Shown here one piece after another: positions 1 through 14,744 of a DNA stretch of 64,000 bases (its first letter is position 1; each line of letters opens with the position of its first letter). Location of the stretch: contig JALDTO010000098.1 in assembly GCA_023515725.1 (NCBI GenBank), forward strand, positions 584,164 through 648,163, written 5' to 3'. The position numbers and the translations under genes were made by a program. The stretch comes from Amoeboaphelidium protococcarum X5. Taxonomy: Eukaryota; Fungi; Aphelidiomycota. The notes under the pieces were generated by a model, which was not told the DNA's origin, did no database searches, and saw only the letters and a list, made by a program, of their open reading frames with translations.

Positions 1-295
1 CGTTCTGCGCAGTTGACGCGTCATATATAGCATATTTGTTCGCCTATTCATAGCCAAGCATTACATTCATCATCTCCAGTTGCCGACCTATGGCCAGCGC
101 AGGTCGTTATAATATTTCGGCGGATGGTGATTGAGATGTCAAACCTTGATTCTTTCCAATAGGCACAGCATCATACACCTGCTATTTCGATCCTGTATCA
201 CCACCATTCTGCGTCGATCGTCTAGAATAAAATGCAGTCCTTCTACAAGCTAATACTTTTAAGCTTTACTATAAAATTCTTTGATATCGCTACAT
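1..295 (-). CDS. AIM25: Phospholipid scramblase-family mitochondrial protein (Aim25-like), 5' part only; continues beyond the window edge
   Basis: ATG at 295; table-6 translation MQRYQRILQQ...LAIGRQLEMMNVMLGYEQANKYAIYD resembles the scramblase motif RQ(I/L)EMMNV.LG(F/Y)EQAN.Y, and the conserved Q of EQAN is TAG. Confidence 0.75.
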
Positions 296-454
296 TTCTC
301 ACTTGATCTCAGTAAGAAATCACAATAGAATTCGATCGAAAAATCTAAACTGAGTTAAGGCGATTCAACAAGGCAAGAAAATATATATATATAATACGCT
401 CTGAGAATTAACTAGAAAGTAATTGTATCGGTTTAATGTCAATATCATTATATT

Positions 455-3250
455 TCATTTGCGCCAGTATTGAGAAAACTTGTGAACAGTTTCAATCAGT
501 TGAGGAAAGAGGGCTGTCACACTTTCATTGATGAGCGAGTTCAAGTGTTGAATGGCTTCTTCCTCATTCAAATCAAGGCGGAACTTGTCCAGAACTTTGC
601 CGAAAACTTTATCAGGGTCACTTCTGATATCGGGAACATTCGCATCCACCATCAATTGGAACATGTTCAATATCATGCCAGCATTCCGACGCCACGTCAT
701 GAAGATGGTAAAGCAAAGATTCTTGAATTTACGAAAGTGTACCGAATTCATTCCACCCATACAGTCTACCATTTCTCTCGATATCTTCATCGGAGGTGGA
801 AATGGCTTCGGATCACGACCAAGGAAGTAACCAAAATCAATGTGGAATAAATTACCTTCCGGAGTTACCAGTAGATTGTCCAAATGCCTATCACCAATTC
901 CCAGAATGTAAGTGATTACACAGTACCCGGCGCAACTTTTCACATAGTTATCAAACACCACCGGATCGATACCATAAGTGTCAAGAGAGCTGAAGCTAGT
1001 CATTTTGCTTTATCCGCCGCTCTACTAATCCGGATCAGCAGTCTATTGCAACGAGGCAGCAGGCGCTACAGAGCGAAAGTACGTCTGTAAACTGTTTCCA
1101 TAATCACTGAGGACATTAGCCAGTGCCATGGATGGAATGAACTGAATGAGACCATGATCAACACCCGTGGCGAGTACTTTGTATGGCGTCAACTTCAAAT
1201 CCATATTCTCCTTCTTCAGCATCTGATCCATAATCTCTATCATTTACATCACCAGCTAATCTTGCCGTAAATCATCTCCAACTTTGAAAATAAGAGAATA
1301 TTTACCTGATTCAGTATTAGCAGTCTTGAACACTAATTTTATAGGCATAAGATTACTCTTGAAAATGGTAGACTCTTCAGGAACTACGCCAGTGATTGAT
1401 ACGGATGCATCCAATGGGAGGATGATCGCCTTCTAAAATTACAACCATCCTTAATCTGGATCTGCCAGGTGCTACTTTAGCCATTGAATTTTTTTTGGTC
1501 TTGGCTCCTTCATTGATCTCAGCTCCTTCGTGAGCGCGACTAATCGTTATATAAAGTCACTCTATTATCGCAAAGAGCTGCGAATCTCATTTCCATTCTA
1601 CTGCTCCATCAGTTTAGACATGAATTAGTACGATACTTTGGAAAACATCTTGGCATACTATGGGTCTTCGCTCTCCAGAGACAGGTACCAATACAAATTA
1701 TTGCCGACTATCATGTCCTTAACCCCAGATCTAATCAAGAATTCAACCAAGTCACTTTCATATATCGCACCACTACCGGAAGAAGACGCAACACTGCCTA
1801 GAGATCCCATCACATCTGCAGAGAGATTCTCAAATTTAATCGCCTGTACCAGCTGGGAGAGAATAGAATTGAGTTGAGCTGAATCCACCTTCTCTAATTA
1901 TTTGACAGCGTATCTGCGAATCTGAGCATATGATGTTCGATAACCACCCTGAACTTTATAAGATGGACCTAAAAGTTCAAGAATATCGCTAATATCCACA
2001 TTCTACCACAAAGGCATCAGCTAATCAAGTGCCTACTTGGATTCCACCGGATGACTCCAATCTACAGCCTTGATGAACTTACTAATAGCACTAGGATATT
2101 TGGTGAGATAGAATCTAAATTTCCAAACCAAATCAGCCTCAGTCGGCGTCAAGTCCCTGGTAGGTGGATACTGACAGATGGCCATCAGCTCATCCCTATT
2201 CTTGGCATTAGGCTTCAAACCCTTATCCACCTGACCGGACCGATGACTACGCACCAAACGTCTATGCTGAGCCTCCACTATATTCTCACGCAATGCCTCT
2301 GGATCATAAATGTATCTTCTATTCTACATACTATTAATGGAACTACTAATATTCCTAGGCGGCTATGGCTATATAAGTGGATACTAATTCTCGTTATAAA
2401 CCACTGGAAAGTCGAATGACATTAGTTCCATATTGACATAGAGCATCTTCTGCCGCATTAATATAGACTTGGAATCTTACTACACTTCAGACATGGTCAA
2501 CTTGTCCAGCCACGCAATGTGCATCAAATCTCCGTATTAATATTTCTTCAAAGCCTTGTCGTAAGTATTCAACTTTTAATCAACGCCCAACTTTCCATCA
2601 ATAGTGGATAATTGGCCAATATCGACACCGCACTAATTATCATTATTATCGTAAAGCCGCAGACGTTGATGACCTCTACGCATCTTTCGATTAGCCTTAA
2701 ATAGATTAAGACTACATGCCAGATGAAGAGAAGATTAAGTCCAGTCACGATGAAGAAACTGAATTTAACATACCAGCACAGAGTCTTGATTCAAGTCGCA
2801 AACCATGACGGGGAACTCTATGATTTAATCAATCTGAATCTGAATGAACTGATGAGAATAAGTTGGCAATAGAGCAGTATTATCACTTCGGTTGAGTCTT
2901 CTAGCGGGAAATAATCCCTAGTTCTCAATCTATGATTAAGCCGATGACACCTCTTGCCTCTAAAATATCTGATGCCCCAGACAACTCAACTCCACAGGTA
3001 GACATACCAAATTGTTCCCACTATAAAGACTGACTATAATCTAAATCGTTTCTTCAGCATCCACACTATAGTCCTTTAAAAGATTTCCTTCAATCGATGA
3101 ACTACATCAAGTATGATAGTGATTAAATATGCAAGTTGTTGGTCAAAACTAAAAAGATCACAATACAACTTACATACGAAACTTTAATGGCTCATGTACT
3201 TCATTAGATAGAAGAAATGTAAAATCTTTGAGATCTGCCGCCGCGTTCAT
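455..3250 (-). CDS. VPS34: Class III phosphatidylinositol 3-kinase Vps34; intron 3102-3173
   Basis: GDDLRQDQL (Q=TAG), [14 protein letters not shown]...[11 protein letters not shown] and C-terminal [12 protein letters not shown]; GTAAGT..TAG intron restores RISSIEG. Confidence 0.95.
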
Positions 3251-3512
3251 ATTGACAGCATATAAAAGGATACAGTGTATATAATTTTATTAAAATCGAC
3301 TTGAAAGCTGATGAGACTAAATGGCTATATTGTTTTGTTATTGTAGAAAGAGAAAGATCAAAGAGGAAAATCGTCTATGAAAAGCGCGTGAAAGATCAAC
3401 AGGACAAGATCGCGTAATAGACACTTATCACCACAGCATAGTCAAATAAACATCATGCCTAAGATTTAATCAAGTAGGTAAATCAAGAATGTAACCTTTT
3501 AATAATTTCAAT

Positions 3513-4952
3513 TCACTCTAAGCCTAGAGACTTCACGTCTGGAAGTCCACCATAAGCATCTCCAAAAGCGACAACGACAGGCTTCTTTGAGGACAGCATT
3601 TTATCCAGCACCTTCTTCACAGACTCTGGGGTCACGGCATCAACATCGGCCAGGAGCTGAGAGACAGACTTCAACTTGGAGCCACCGTTCATTGCGAGCA
3701 TCTGATTGTACAAGCGCAATTTCTCACCTTTATCTGCATGGCCTTCAAGGGCGAACGCCAACTGAGCCTTGGTCTACAACTTGGCCTTTGTGATTAGATC
3801 GCCATTGACCAGCGACTTGCTGCCAGACTTTAGCAGAGACACCACTTTGCCAACACACTCCTTAACCGATGCAGAGTCCTCACCTCTAATGTAGAATCCA
3901 AAGAGACCACCCTCTGGATAAGCCTCAAGGAAAGAGTACAACTGATCAACATGAGGCACCTGAGCCTGGTTCAACAGCTGAGATCCTTCATTGAAATACT
4001 TCACTGGCTCATAGTGAATATTGCCAAACAAGTTCTTCAGAACCAGAGCACTCAAATACTCCTAGCCTTTATTCAGAGCAGGAGACTCAAAAGCCAGAGC
4101 ATAGTGAACAGTATCATCAGGCACCACCTTGGTACTAAATGACTATCCACCGACAAACTTTGACTGTGCGGATACAGGGGAACCGGATGTCAACTTCAGA
4201 CTGGAAGCAGAGTTGAAATCTTTAGCCGAAGCACCAATACCGGTAAACTGGCAAGACTTCTCACTCAACACACGCGGAACATACTCGTTCAGTACGGCAG
4301 GCACATCAACATCTTGCACCTCAGCATACAGAGGCATGCCCAGACCAGTACCATTGTACGCGACTCTGAATAGCTCATCCATAACAACCTTGTTAAACTA
4401 CTCAGGACTGCTATTCACATACTTGGTCTCCTCAATCAGCTGGTGGATAGAGTCCTTCCACTCGGCAGACTTGCGCACAAACTCGCGATCATAAATACCC
4501 CACTGCGCAGTGTCTCTCTCAACCAGGCCGTGCAAAACATCAGTCAACAATTGAACAGAATCTGGGATATCATCGCGCTAGCAGTCGACACTCAGAGTCA
4601 GCTGAGATCTATCCAAGTGGGCGCTCAGATGCTGCCCCAGCAAGTCTGCCTCTTTCGTGATGCGGATAGTGGAGCGGGTGTTGGTGGATTTGAATGCCTA
4701 AAACTTTAACCACTGCGCAAATCCAACCTACTTAGCTCCCTGCTAGTACATAGGACCACAGTTCAAAGACACGGATACAGTGGATACCGGACTATGCTAA
4801 TCTTCAACAGTGGCCACTCTAATACCGTTCTACAGCTGAGTACTAGTGTAAGCTTTCTGAGGCGCTTTCAAAGGATGAGTACCGACAAACTGTGGATTCT
4901 TCTTTGCACCAATACTCTCTGCCGAAGCCAATCTCTTCAACTACTTTAACAT
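3513..4952 (-). CDS. QCR2: Cytochrome bc1 core subunit 2 / MPP-alpha-like M16 family protein (479 aa)
   Basis: Single table-6 frame; LQNGIRVATVED..SPVSTVSV, AFKSTNTRSTIRITKEADLLG, GGLFGFY; no HxxEH motif, so non-catalytic. Confidence 0.75.
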
Positions 4953-5086
4953 AATATTAATAAAAAAATTCTAAATATATTACTACTACGATGGACAACA
5001 ACAATAGTCTATCTATGCCCAGGTTGACGTAATGCTGTGATAAAGAAAGCGAAAGGACTGAAAGGAAACATTTCAAAATCTCTCGC

Positions 5087-5099
5087 GCGAACGAACGAA
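5087..5099. promoter_or_regulatory. GCGAACGAACGAA motif 135 bp upstream of the QCR2 ATG
   Basis: Identical 13-mer at 32392-32404, 138 bp upstream of NDUFA9, in the same orientation relative to the gene. Confidence 0.5.
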
Positions 5100-5312
5100 T
5101 GAACCATCGAACGGTCAGAGCAAGAGCTTTTCACTATTCTCCTCTCGTCTCACACAAAGGCGGAACGGGAACACTAAAGCACTGAAGAAAGAGAAAGAGA
5201 GAGGACGCGGTTGGTCTCAGTGTAATAGTTCGCTGTTGGCTTGATTCATGAAAATTTATCAAGATTATAAAGCCAGAGAGTTAACAAAACATAAGTAATC
5301 CTATGTTGAATA

Positions 5313-6125
5313 TCATTTCATTCTTTCCTGGCGCCACTTGTAGATAGGATTGCCTTTATCATCAGTGCCAATTTTGTACTTCTGTCCCCGTGAGTAGGTG
5401 AGCAGGTGTTGCATCTCCAACTCTTTCTCTATCGACTTCAGCTGTTTGACGCGTTCCATCCTCATCTACAACTCTTTCAACTCTTCTGATTATTCAGCTC
5501 TATCTTTTATGGCACTGTTAGATGCATTCAATTAATTGTCTTTGGGATCGGCGTATGTATCAGCATTTGCATTACATAGGTCGTCATCGCTGTCAACAAA
5601 TACAACGTGCTTTCTCCGTGACGATTCCCCATCTCCATCCATCAATTTGGATACAGCTTAAGGATCAATGAGAGCCATCAATTTATCAACCTTCTTCTTA
5701 TTCAACTAGAGGTGATATCTTACATACTGAATGTCTTGATTTTTTAACAATTTCAATTCATCGCCAGAGAATACGCGATTTCTATTATCAATCACACTGT
5801 TATTGCTACCACCACCATTATTATTATTATTATTATTGGACTTCTTCTTATCCCTACGCTTACGATTCAACGCATCATGATCAATCCGATGAACACCGCG
5901 AGCATCCACTTTACTGTAGATCATACCATGACTAAACTCGTCATCATTCTTTGATCTGATTTTCTCTTGCAGCACTTTGAGTGTTTTCTACTTCTTCTGA
6001 TGGTCTCGCGCTCTCAATATGTAATCCTTCTTCTTCTCCAACAAGCCATATCTATGTGCACGCGCCTAAGGCTAGGATCTTTCTAGATGAGGCTTTTACG
6101 GAATATACTTTTTCAATGAAGACAT
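5313..6125 (-). CDS. UTP11: U3 snoRNP / SSU processome protein Utp11 (270 aa)
   Basis: MSSLKKYIPQKPHLERSQP..RYGLLEKKKDYILRARD, DEFSHGM, LLKNQDIQY, C-terminal YKWRQERMK-TGA. Confidence 0.92.
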
Positions 6126-6319
6126 GCTTATACAGTTTTATGCTATTAAATATCTCAGAAATCAGATTCTTTACCAGTTGTGCAAAGCGAATGAAAAAAT
6201 GAAAATCAAAACAAAGGGCAGTGAGTGAGCATTTCTAATGTCAAAATTTAGCATTAAAAAGTCACGCAATTTCAATTTTTATATAGTAATACAGATCAGT
6301 ACGTCAAAATAAAATCACT

Positions 6320-7963
6320 TCAGACCGCAAAGGTTATTCCCTGAGCTAAAGGTAACTGACCGCTGTAGTTTATAGTGCAAGTTTGACGGCGCATATACTG
6401 CTTCCAAGAGTCAGATCCACTCTCTCTACCCCAGCCAGTCTCCTTGTTTCCACCAAAAGCACCGCCAATCTCGGCGCCATTAGTCGGAATATTCACATTG
6501 ACGATCCCACAATCGGAGCCAGCAGGTCCGATCCATTTAAATATACTCTGCGGATCTGTGGTGAAAATGGAAGAACTTAATCCTTGGCCAACAGAGTTGT
6601 TAATCTTCACCGCCTCTTCAAACGTCTTGAAAGTCATAGTATGCAGAATAGGTACAAACACCTCGTTCTTTACTATCGGAGAGTTACTTTGCACCTTGGT
6701 GATAACTGGTACTACAAAGTTGCCACCGCTAAGACTGTCGGATTAATTCTCGGCAAAGTCAGACCCAGTCAGGGATAACGATACGCTCTTTGGGCCGAAA
6801 AGAATCTCCCCGCCTTCCTGCTTCACACGTTCAATCGTTGCATTGTATTAATTAACTGCAGTTCTTGAGTGCAAAGGTCCCAACAACACTTTGCTAGATA
6901 GCGGATCTCCAATCTTGCCACTTTACACAATTTGCTGATACATCTTGGCAAGCTTATCAACAAATTAATCATAAATAGATTCATGGATGATGAGTCTACG
7001 TGTAGTTGTACATCTCTGGCCAGCTGTACCGACGGATGCAAAAAGGATAGCAGGTAGAGCCAAAGATAAATCTGCATCAGGCATAACTATAATAGCATTA
7101 TTGCCACCCAACTCAAGCAAGGATTGACCAAATCTCTGGTGTACATCTACACCCACCTGTCTTCCAACCTGTGTGCTTCCTGTAAAAGATACCAAGTCCA
7201 CTCTTGGATCTTTTACAAGCTATTGGCCAACATCAACTCCTCCGCAGACCAGAGAGCACAGAGAGCCAGGCAGATTGTTACGCTCCAGGACATCCTGCAG
7301 AATCTTGGTCACAGCAATCGCACATAACGACCCGGTTGGAGCAGGCTTCCAAATGACTGGATTACCGCAAATTAGACTAAGTGCAGAGTTCCATCCATAG
7401 ACAGCGACTGGGAAATTGAATGCGCTGATTACTCCAACCACACCCAGCGGATTCCACATTTCCAACATTGCGTGATCAGGACGTTCACTTGGGATAACCT
7501 TACCATTAAGAGATCTAGATAGACCAGTGGCAAAGTCTGCAATGTCAATGTACTCCTAAACTTCACCTCTTCCTTCAGGCAGAATCTTGCCCATCTCCAT
7601 GGATGTGATATACGACAGAGCCTCAAACTTATCCTGCAGAGCATTCCTCATCTGACGAACAATATCACCACGCTTTGGTGCAACAACTTGTCTCCACATT
7701 GCCTGCGCCTTCTTGGTCTTCTCCATTGCTTTCATGTAGTCTTTCGGAGTTCCCATTTGAATCTGCGCAATAGTCTTGTTCGTGGCTGGATTCACACTAT
7801 CAAATACCTGCCCACTGGCATACCATTCGCCATCATACACTCCAAGATTCGGTTTATCCGCTGATATGTTCAACGCATCCAAGACTTGTCTGACACTCTT
7901 GAACGTTTACTTGCTTCCAACCTTGGTCGATAAAAGCGCTCTATTCATGATTACTTTAACCAT
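6320..7963 (-). CDS. ALDH7A1: Aldehyde dehydrogenase family 7 (antiquitin), 547 aa
   Basis: [69 protein letters not shown]; one continuous table-6 frame. Confidence 0.95.
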
Positions 7964-8460
7964 CCTTGATAGCGAACAAGTACTAATAAACTGTTCGATG
8001 ATGTTGCTTGAAAGGGACAAAAAAGACAATCGCTTCAATTGAAACAGAAAAGGTTCTTAAGAGGAAAATCGTCAGTCTGATCCGCTTGAAAGTTGTTTGA
8101 GCAAAGAACGAGGGAGGTGAGCTGAAACAAACATATGGCCTTTAAGCGGTTAATTGCGTAGTATCTTCATGCACTAAAGTTTGGATAAATCTGCAATGTT
8201 TTTCAATAATTCATCCTTTAAAATTGATTAATTCTTTCTCAACACCCGGTTAAACGAGAAATTTCGAGTGTCAGGCGGGTGTATCAGTGTGGCAACTTTC
8301 GCGTATTTAATTACCCGCTGTCATCGGTCGATAAAACTTAACGATCGGCTGTCACTCTATTTGTTCCCACGGCATTATACCGTAGTTGTTACTCTGTCTC
8401 ACTTTGACTGCCTTTGCACCTCTGTCTCTCTAACCCATTCGATTTTCGTATTTAAAAAGT

Positions 8461-9321
8461 ATGTTTGCATTGCCTGAGAGTATTAAGAGTACGCTAGTCT
8501 ATTATATAATCTTTGGCGTATATATATCCACTGTATTAAACACTGACATTGTTGTCAATCTACTGGAGCGGTTTGATGAATTTTGGCTCGTTTCATGCGG
8601 CACTTTTATATTGAACGTTGTCCTGCACTGGGTGTTGGTGTCCTGTTATGCATATCTAGATTTTAATGGATCTCCCAAGTGGCTTAATGCGTATAAAATA
8701 TAAAAAGTCAATTATGATATGTCTGCCGCTTACAAGAAGGCCATTTTACATGGTCTCAAGTCACAGTTTTTCATGAACCTGCCTGGTGGCTTTATTCTGG
8801 CGTACTTGTGGTGTCTGTCTGATAAACCAGTGTTTCCACTCCCGTCTGCTGCGTAGATGCTACGCGATATTGCATTCTACTATCTATTGGAAGAGATAAT
8901 GTTTTATTATGGTCACCGACTACTTCATCATCCGCGAATATACAAGTACATCCATAAGGTACATCACGAGTATAAGCAGCCGATTGGTGCCGCTGCTGTC
9001 TACGCACATCCTCTTGAACATTTGACTGTTTCTCTAACACCAGTAGTGCTTGGTCCTCTATTGGCGCATTATTATTTCGCAGGTGCTGGTGGCCATGTCG
9101 CCTCATTCTGGTTGTGGTCCATTATCGTGACTTTTAACATCATTCATGATCACAGTGGGTTCAAAATTCCGTACATGCCAGATTCATTATTTCATGACTA
9201 TCATCACGTTGCATTTACTAGTAATTACGGAGCTACTGGAGTATTGGACTGGGTGCATGGTACCACTAAAGGATACGATTAATGGCGGGAGAAAGTCATG
9301 AATCGTAAAGGAATTGATTGA
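8461..9321 (+). CDS. Sterol desaturase / fatty acid hydroxylase superfamily protein (FAXDC2/ERG25-like), 286 aa
   Basis: His boxes HRLLHH, HKVHH, HDHSG, HDYHH; NYG..GVLDWVHGT. Confidence 0.85.
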
Positions 9322-9527
9322 TGGTCTGATGAGGGATCTTACTACGAGTCATCTCAGTTGCGCACAAAGGTCCGTAATGTCGCATAGAGATTGAGTCTCA
9401 AATAGTATTAGCACTTTTATCTATATAATGGTTCAAAATATTTATTTAATAATGAATCAGATGGTATATTGTTCAAATTACTTGTAATTAATTTTCAAAC
9501 CCATGTTTAATAGCAGACAGTATGTAT

Positions 9528-12317
9528 TCAATCTATGGAGGCACCAGAATTCGATCTTGACAGGACGATGGGTGGTGGACTGATTAAATCATCCGGAGCT
9601 GGGGCCATAATCTCGAGTTGAGTGTCATTTAATTCAGACACTTATTCTAAGACTAAATGTTGGAGACTATCAGTTGTATCTACAGATGGAGAGCCTTGTA
9701 TCTTTTCATTGATCAACTCAATCCAAGAACTTCTCTCTGCAAAACTTGAGCACACGACGTACAACGTTCGCTCATCAGTGACAATCTTGAAAGGATATAC
9801 AGACACAGTGTCAATGTCGGAGCAGTTCTCGACTTATCGTGCACTCTTACCAAAATCAAATTACTTGGACTATGGAATCTCATCATCATTCGCAATAGAA
9901 ACGCTTCTGAAGTCTATGACTAGAATTTTGTTCATCAAGTTCTCAGGCATTAATTTGCCACCGTCACGAAGATGTGACTATTCTTCCGGCTTGTACCATT
10001 GCAACTCTTAATCAGTCATGACCAGCAATCGCAATTTCCAACTCTTGACAGTATTTCCTCTCTTGTACACCAAACTGCACATCAAAATTTGGTCCGACTC
10101 TAGTTCCACGTCGTCTTATGATTGAGACTCATTAGAAAGACTAAGTACTATTCTACCATCCAGTTTGGTTTTCAGTTCGTTGAAGAAATCAATATCCCAA
10201 GATCGTACGCCAATCTTTGCAAACCAAGCCAGCGATCTTCTCTTTACTTGAACGGTAGGTGAATTCAATGCAGAGGATGCATCTCTATCAAGAGAATAAA
10301 ACTCAGAAATGCTTCTTTCTGCAGTTGACTCATTATCCTTATCAAGAGACGGCATTGTCTATTATTACTCCTCAAGTATATCACCATCCATGGCAGAAAA
10401 CCGCATAGATCTCGTTTAACTACGATCTTATTTGTAGTCGCGTAAATGGGTACTTTGAAGAGGAAGACTCCGAGACAATTCGACATTTTCATCAAGCTAA
10501 GACTTGCGTCCTTTAATTTCCACAAAACACTGCTCTCCAGCGTCAGCTTCATCTTCACTATCAGAGATATAATTATCACGACTGATTGCGGTGTCCTACT
10601 GGATTAAACTATCTTTGGTTTACGCGCGCTGTGAGCCAGGATTACTATCATGAATATCAAGTCGTAGTTTAGAATTATTCATCTAATCTACACTACGCCT
10701 ATCTCGTAATTTCTACTTCAAATGATACAGCTACGAGTCAATGATATCAAAACACTCGTCGCAAACTCTCACTGGCTTCAACTAGCTAATTGCATACACA
10801 GCTGAGCTGCTATAGGCAGAACTAGTAAACGATGCCATTGTGAATCTCTTCTACTAGTTATCAGCTGTACTTCCAGAAGTACTGCCATCATCGACCCGTT
10901 GATCAGCCTAATTCAAAGCTTCTTAAAACTTACTAGGCAATACCGACTTCTTGGACGAGCAATCTGCGCATATAACACGTCCACAAGATCTGCAATGATG
11001 ACGACGAATCTTCCACGAAAAATCCTTCTCACATTACATACAACTAATGACTGCATTATCAGGCACCCATACCGGAGCTTTGTACACTGACTACTGATCA
11101 TCCTCATTCAACTCACTATCTTTGCTGTCTAACTTTTTCAAAGTGCTGATATTTGACTGGTACTTATCAATCGCGTCGCTGATAGCGGACATCCAATCTG
11201 TCTTGTCCTTTTCACTGCGACACAGCACGGCGAAACTCTTCTCACTGGAGATTATCTGGAAGCAGTTCTACATCAGTGGCCCATCTTGTACATCAACCAC
11301 TCTCATACCCTCCAGCTTGAACAGACGATGAAACACATAACTCGGGGCATTGATGTTAGTCTGCGAATTCAGTGATAAACCAATACCACTATCTGCGGCA
11401 GTGCTAAACCCGGTAAAGTCTTTCTTGTCTACTGCACTAATTAACCCGATACTAGATCGACTGGAAAGGGCAGCATACACCAGGATATCAGTGAAGAGAA
11501 ACAGAGCTCTCGGCTTATTAGTCTTTCGGCAAACCTTGAGTACAAGGCCCTGCTTCAAAAATCTACGACCAGGTGCAATAAGATCTTCGCTCAAATTTGC
11601 CATATTTCGCTGCAGCACCAAAACCTTCATCATACCCTCCTGCTCCCGGATCATCTCATTGACAAACGATGCCACACCTTCGATGCTTCTCAGAGCCTTC
11701 TACAACGGGAGATAATCAGTGTGTTCAGCGGGCGTATGCTTCAGTAAATCTTCCAACAGAAGCTTATAACGCGGTATTCTCTACACAGGAGCCAAAATAT
11801 AAGCTTGGAAAGACAGTCCTTTGCACTGGGTAGATTTGGCGATATTATTCAAAAATTAATTAAATCCTGTATGCTTTCGCTCAAGCTCCATCACCATCTG
11901 AATAGCAGTCTGATAATTCTTCACATAGACAGAGTAAATCTTAAAGAATGGACTAAGGTAGCAGAAAATATCGCCAATGGCATCTTATTGCGAATACACG
12001 TCCATTCTAAGTGCAATAGATGATTCGATAACTTGTTATTATTATCCTACAGGGGCATTCTGGTCAACCTCAGCGGGACATCCAAATCTGGTGTTCAATT
12101 AGTTCATTAGCTCCGTGTTGACTTTGATGATATCCTCGATATTACTAAATATATCTTGTATCTATTTGGATGATAATATAGGAGTACCACCTTGAGCTGC
12201 ATCACGCAGAGGAGTAATAAATAACCGCTGGATATCCATCAGCGTATTGACATATGATCTCTCCGTGGCAATAATCTCATCAATAATCAGAATCCTCTTT
12301 GCATAATCACGCGTCAT
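9528..12317 (-). CDS. FGD/frabin-like Rho GEF (DH-PH-FYVE, probable second PH), about 929 aa
   Basis: [12 protein letters not shown] and [12 protein letters not shown]; [15 protein letters not shown]; [32 protein letters not shown]. Confidence 0.88.
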
Positions 12318-12641
12318 TTCGTACACTTTACAGATAAATGAATAGTTAAGGACAATTAAAAAGAGAAAGATGATAATTCTATGTGGAGGGTCCTTCTCTA
12401 AATAATGCGGCGTGTGCAAAGGTATAACGGTCTCAGCGCGGTATGATGATCCTTAGCTTTTCTAATTCAAGGGGTCTTATCTCTGGACTTGGTAGAGAAC
12501 CCTCAGGCTTAGTACGAATTGTAATAAGTGTAAGTCAACGAGAAACAAGCCAAATATAAACAGAGAAAAAATTAATTCATGATATTAAATTGCCGAATAA
12601 AAAGCAATAGAACACACTCTCAACGTGATTATACTGAATAT

Positions 12642-13601
12642 TCAAGCTAGTTGCAAAGCCCAGGTAAATAGCAGAGTCATAACCGAGATTAATGGCACAA
12701 ATAAGCTAAAACCACTAGAAGATTCGTTACCATCATCATTATTATTAGTGCTCTTCTTAGACTTTGATGCCAGATCTTTGCAATTCAACTTGAGTTGATC
12801 AAGCTCCTGCTGTTTCAATGAAAGGTCATTCCATGACGAGGGAGAGTATGACAGCTACATAGCCTTTCTGCTTTTCATAAAAAAGTAGTTCTTCGCCCAG
12901 ATCGAGTCTGCAGGCTCCAAATACTCGACATTGCCCTTGTATTACAGCGGAATTCCGTATACCAGACCCGATATATCATACTCTGAAGTCCAATGTGCAA
13001 GATAATAGCTTATGAGACTTTGGCCATTCACAATATAGCTGTCAGTCTAGAAAGAGAAGTGGTGATACTTTAGGCCGGCCTCTTTGAATAAAGGTAGCAT
13101 TTGTGAAGACATTGTCTTATTGTTACTCTAAAACGCGTAATCCAGAATGCTGACATCTTTGACAATTGCGTATATATCTTGTCTACGCAGAGCGGGTAAT
13201 TTATCAAGTACCGACTTTTGTAGAGCTTTCAGAGCATCGATAGTAGCATTAGCATCAAGTTATTCAGACTTTTTCAGACGAGGCAGCTGCTTGAATGACT
13301 CAATACCAATTATGATGGAGAAGGTGGAATTCTCGGCTAAACTTTAGTTGAACACTTCTAACATCTAGTCTGGCGTGTCCAGAGATTTCAAATCAGCTGT
13401 TGCATTCACCATATAGATAGGAGATAGACCATTATCAGCACTCCACTTGGACGAGTTCAAATTGATAGAGTCCAGCGAGGCGAAGATAGGATGCAATTTA
13501 CCAACGCATTGATCGTATGATAGCGCAGTGGTATTAGCAGTTTGAGCTCCTACATACGAAGCGGTGCATACAGCAATAACCAAAGATATAAAGTAGTACA
13601 T
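12642..13601 (-). CDS. Secreted, probably GPI-anchored hypothetical protein (319 aa)
   Basis: N-terminal signal peptide MYYFISLVIAVCTASYVGA; C-terminal ESSSG followed by hydrophobic tail FSLFVPLISVMTLLFTWALQLA-TGA. Confidence 0.65.
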
Positions 13602-13736
13602 ATATTTAGAATCAGATATTAATCAGCATAAATTTAAAAGAATAGAATGCATTTATAAAGCACCCGCATTTTAAGCAGGTTGTTATCATTTTTCTTCATT
13701 AAATCTCATGTAAAGGAGTCTTCATGTGATTTTGAT

Positions 13737-14744
13737 ATGATGAAAGTGATGTAAAGTATCGTAGATTTAGTAGATTAAGCATCAGAACGGCTTTTGGAAG
13801 AAAACAAAATAGATTAACCATAAGTATTACTAAGATAAATTAAGGACCGATTTGTGGATCGAGATTACGTTGGCGTATTTTAAGAATCTTAAGAGCAGTT
13901 GGCAGTGTATATGGCGCATTACACTCCTTCACGCGCGATGTGTTATTATAGCTTGGTATCTGAGTCAAAGCTTCTGGGTGATATCCTCAGTGGTAGAAGA
14001 TAGAAACTGGATTATGAGCTTCAAAGGCGCAAACTGGCGCGCAAAGGTCTTGACGCGTCGCAGTTGAAATTGCCTGATCTGGATCTGAATGTTACTTGTA
14101 TCGGCGCCGGCAGTGGAAGTGAATTGGTAGCATTTTACTCTTATATCTCTCAGTAAATGCATATTCCTAATAAGAGTATCGAAAATCCCGAGTCTGTGAC
14201 ATTCTCGGAATATGAAGACTCATTGACTGGATTCCATCTGGAGTAAGCTCGCATTAATTTGATCGATTTTGCAGATTGGTCTTAGTGTTACTAGTAGCTT
14301 GCCTCAGAGCTCAGTGTCTCATCGATTGACACCAGACTCTCAAGCTCTTTTACTTAACGCGATATTCTGAGTATGGGTGATAAAACGCGTACAATGTTGT
14401 CATAAAGTTAGTTGATCACCTTCATGTTCGTGCTCAATGAATTATTCGCCGAATCTCGGAAATCCACAGCACAGATGCTGGTTGATCTCTTTTAAAATCT
14501 AGTGCAAGATGGTGCTTATATTCTGGTATTAGAGTCTGCGGGCTCATTTAGCGAACTGTAAATTAAAGAAGGCAAATCACCAACCATGGTATTTAAGTTG
14601 TTAGATAAGATTCACGGATTAAAAGTGCTGGATAGTCACGATTCAAAATGGTTCAGATATTCGGTCAAAATCTAAAGTAAATTTCCACTAGACAATATGC
14701 GATACTTTTACAGATTGTATCAATTCAATAGATCATCTTTTTGA
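13737..14744 (+). CDS. 25S rRNA uridine-N3 methyltransferase Bmt6-like (335 aa)
   Basis: IKDRFVDRDYVGVF..YMAHYTPSRAMCYY, SAM motif CIGAGSGSE, FMFVLNELF, SKWFRY..PLDNMRYFYRLY. Confidence 0.65.
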
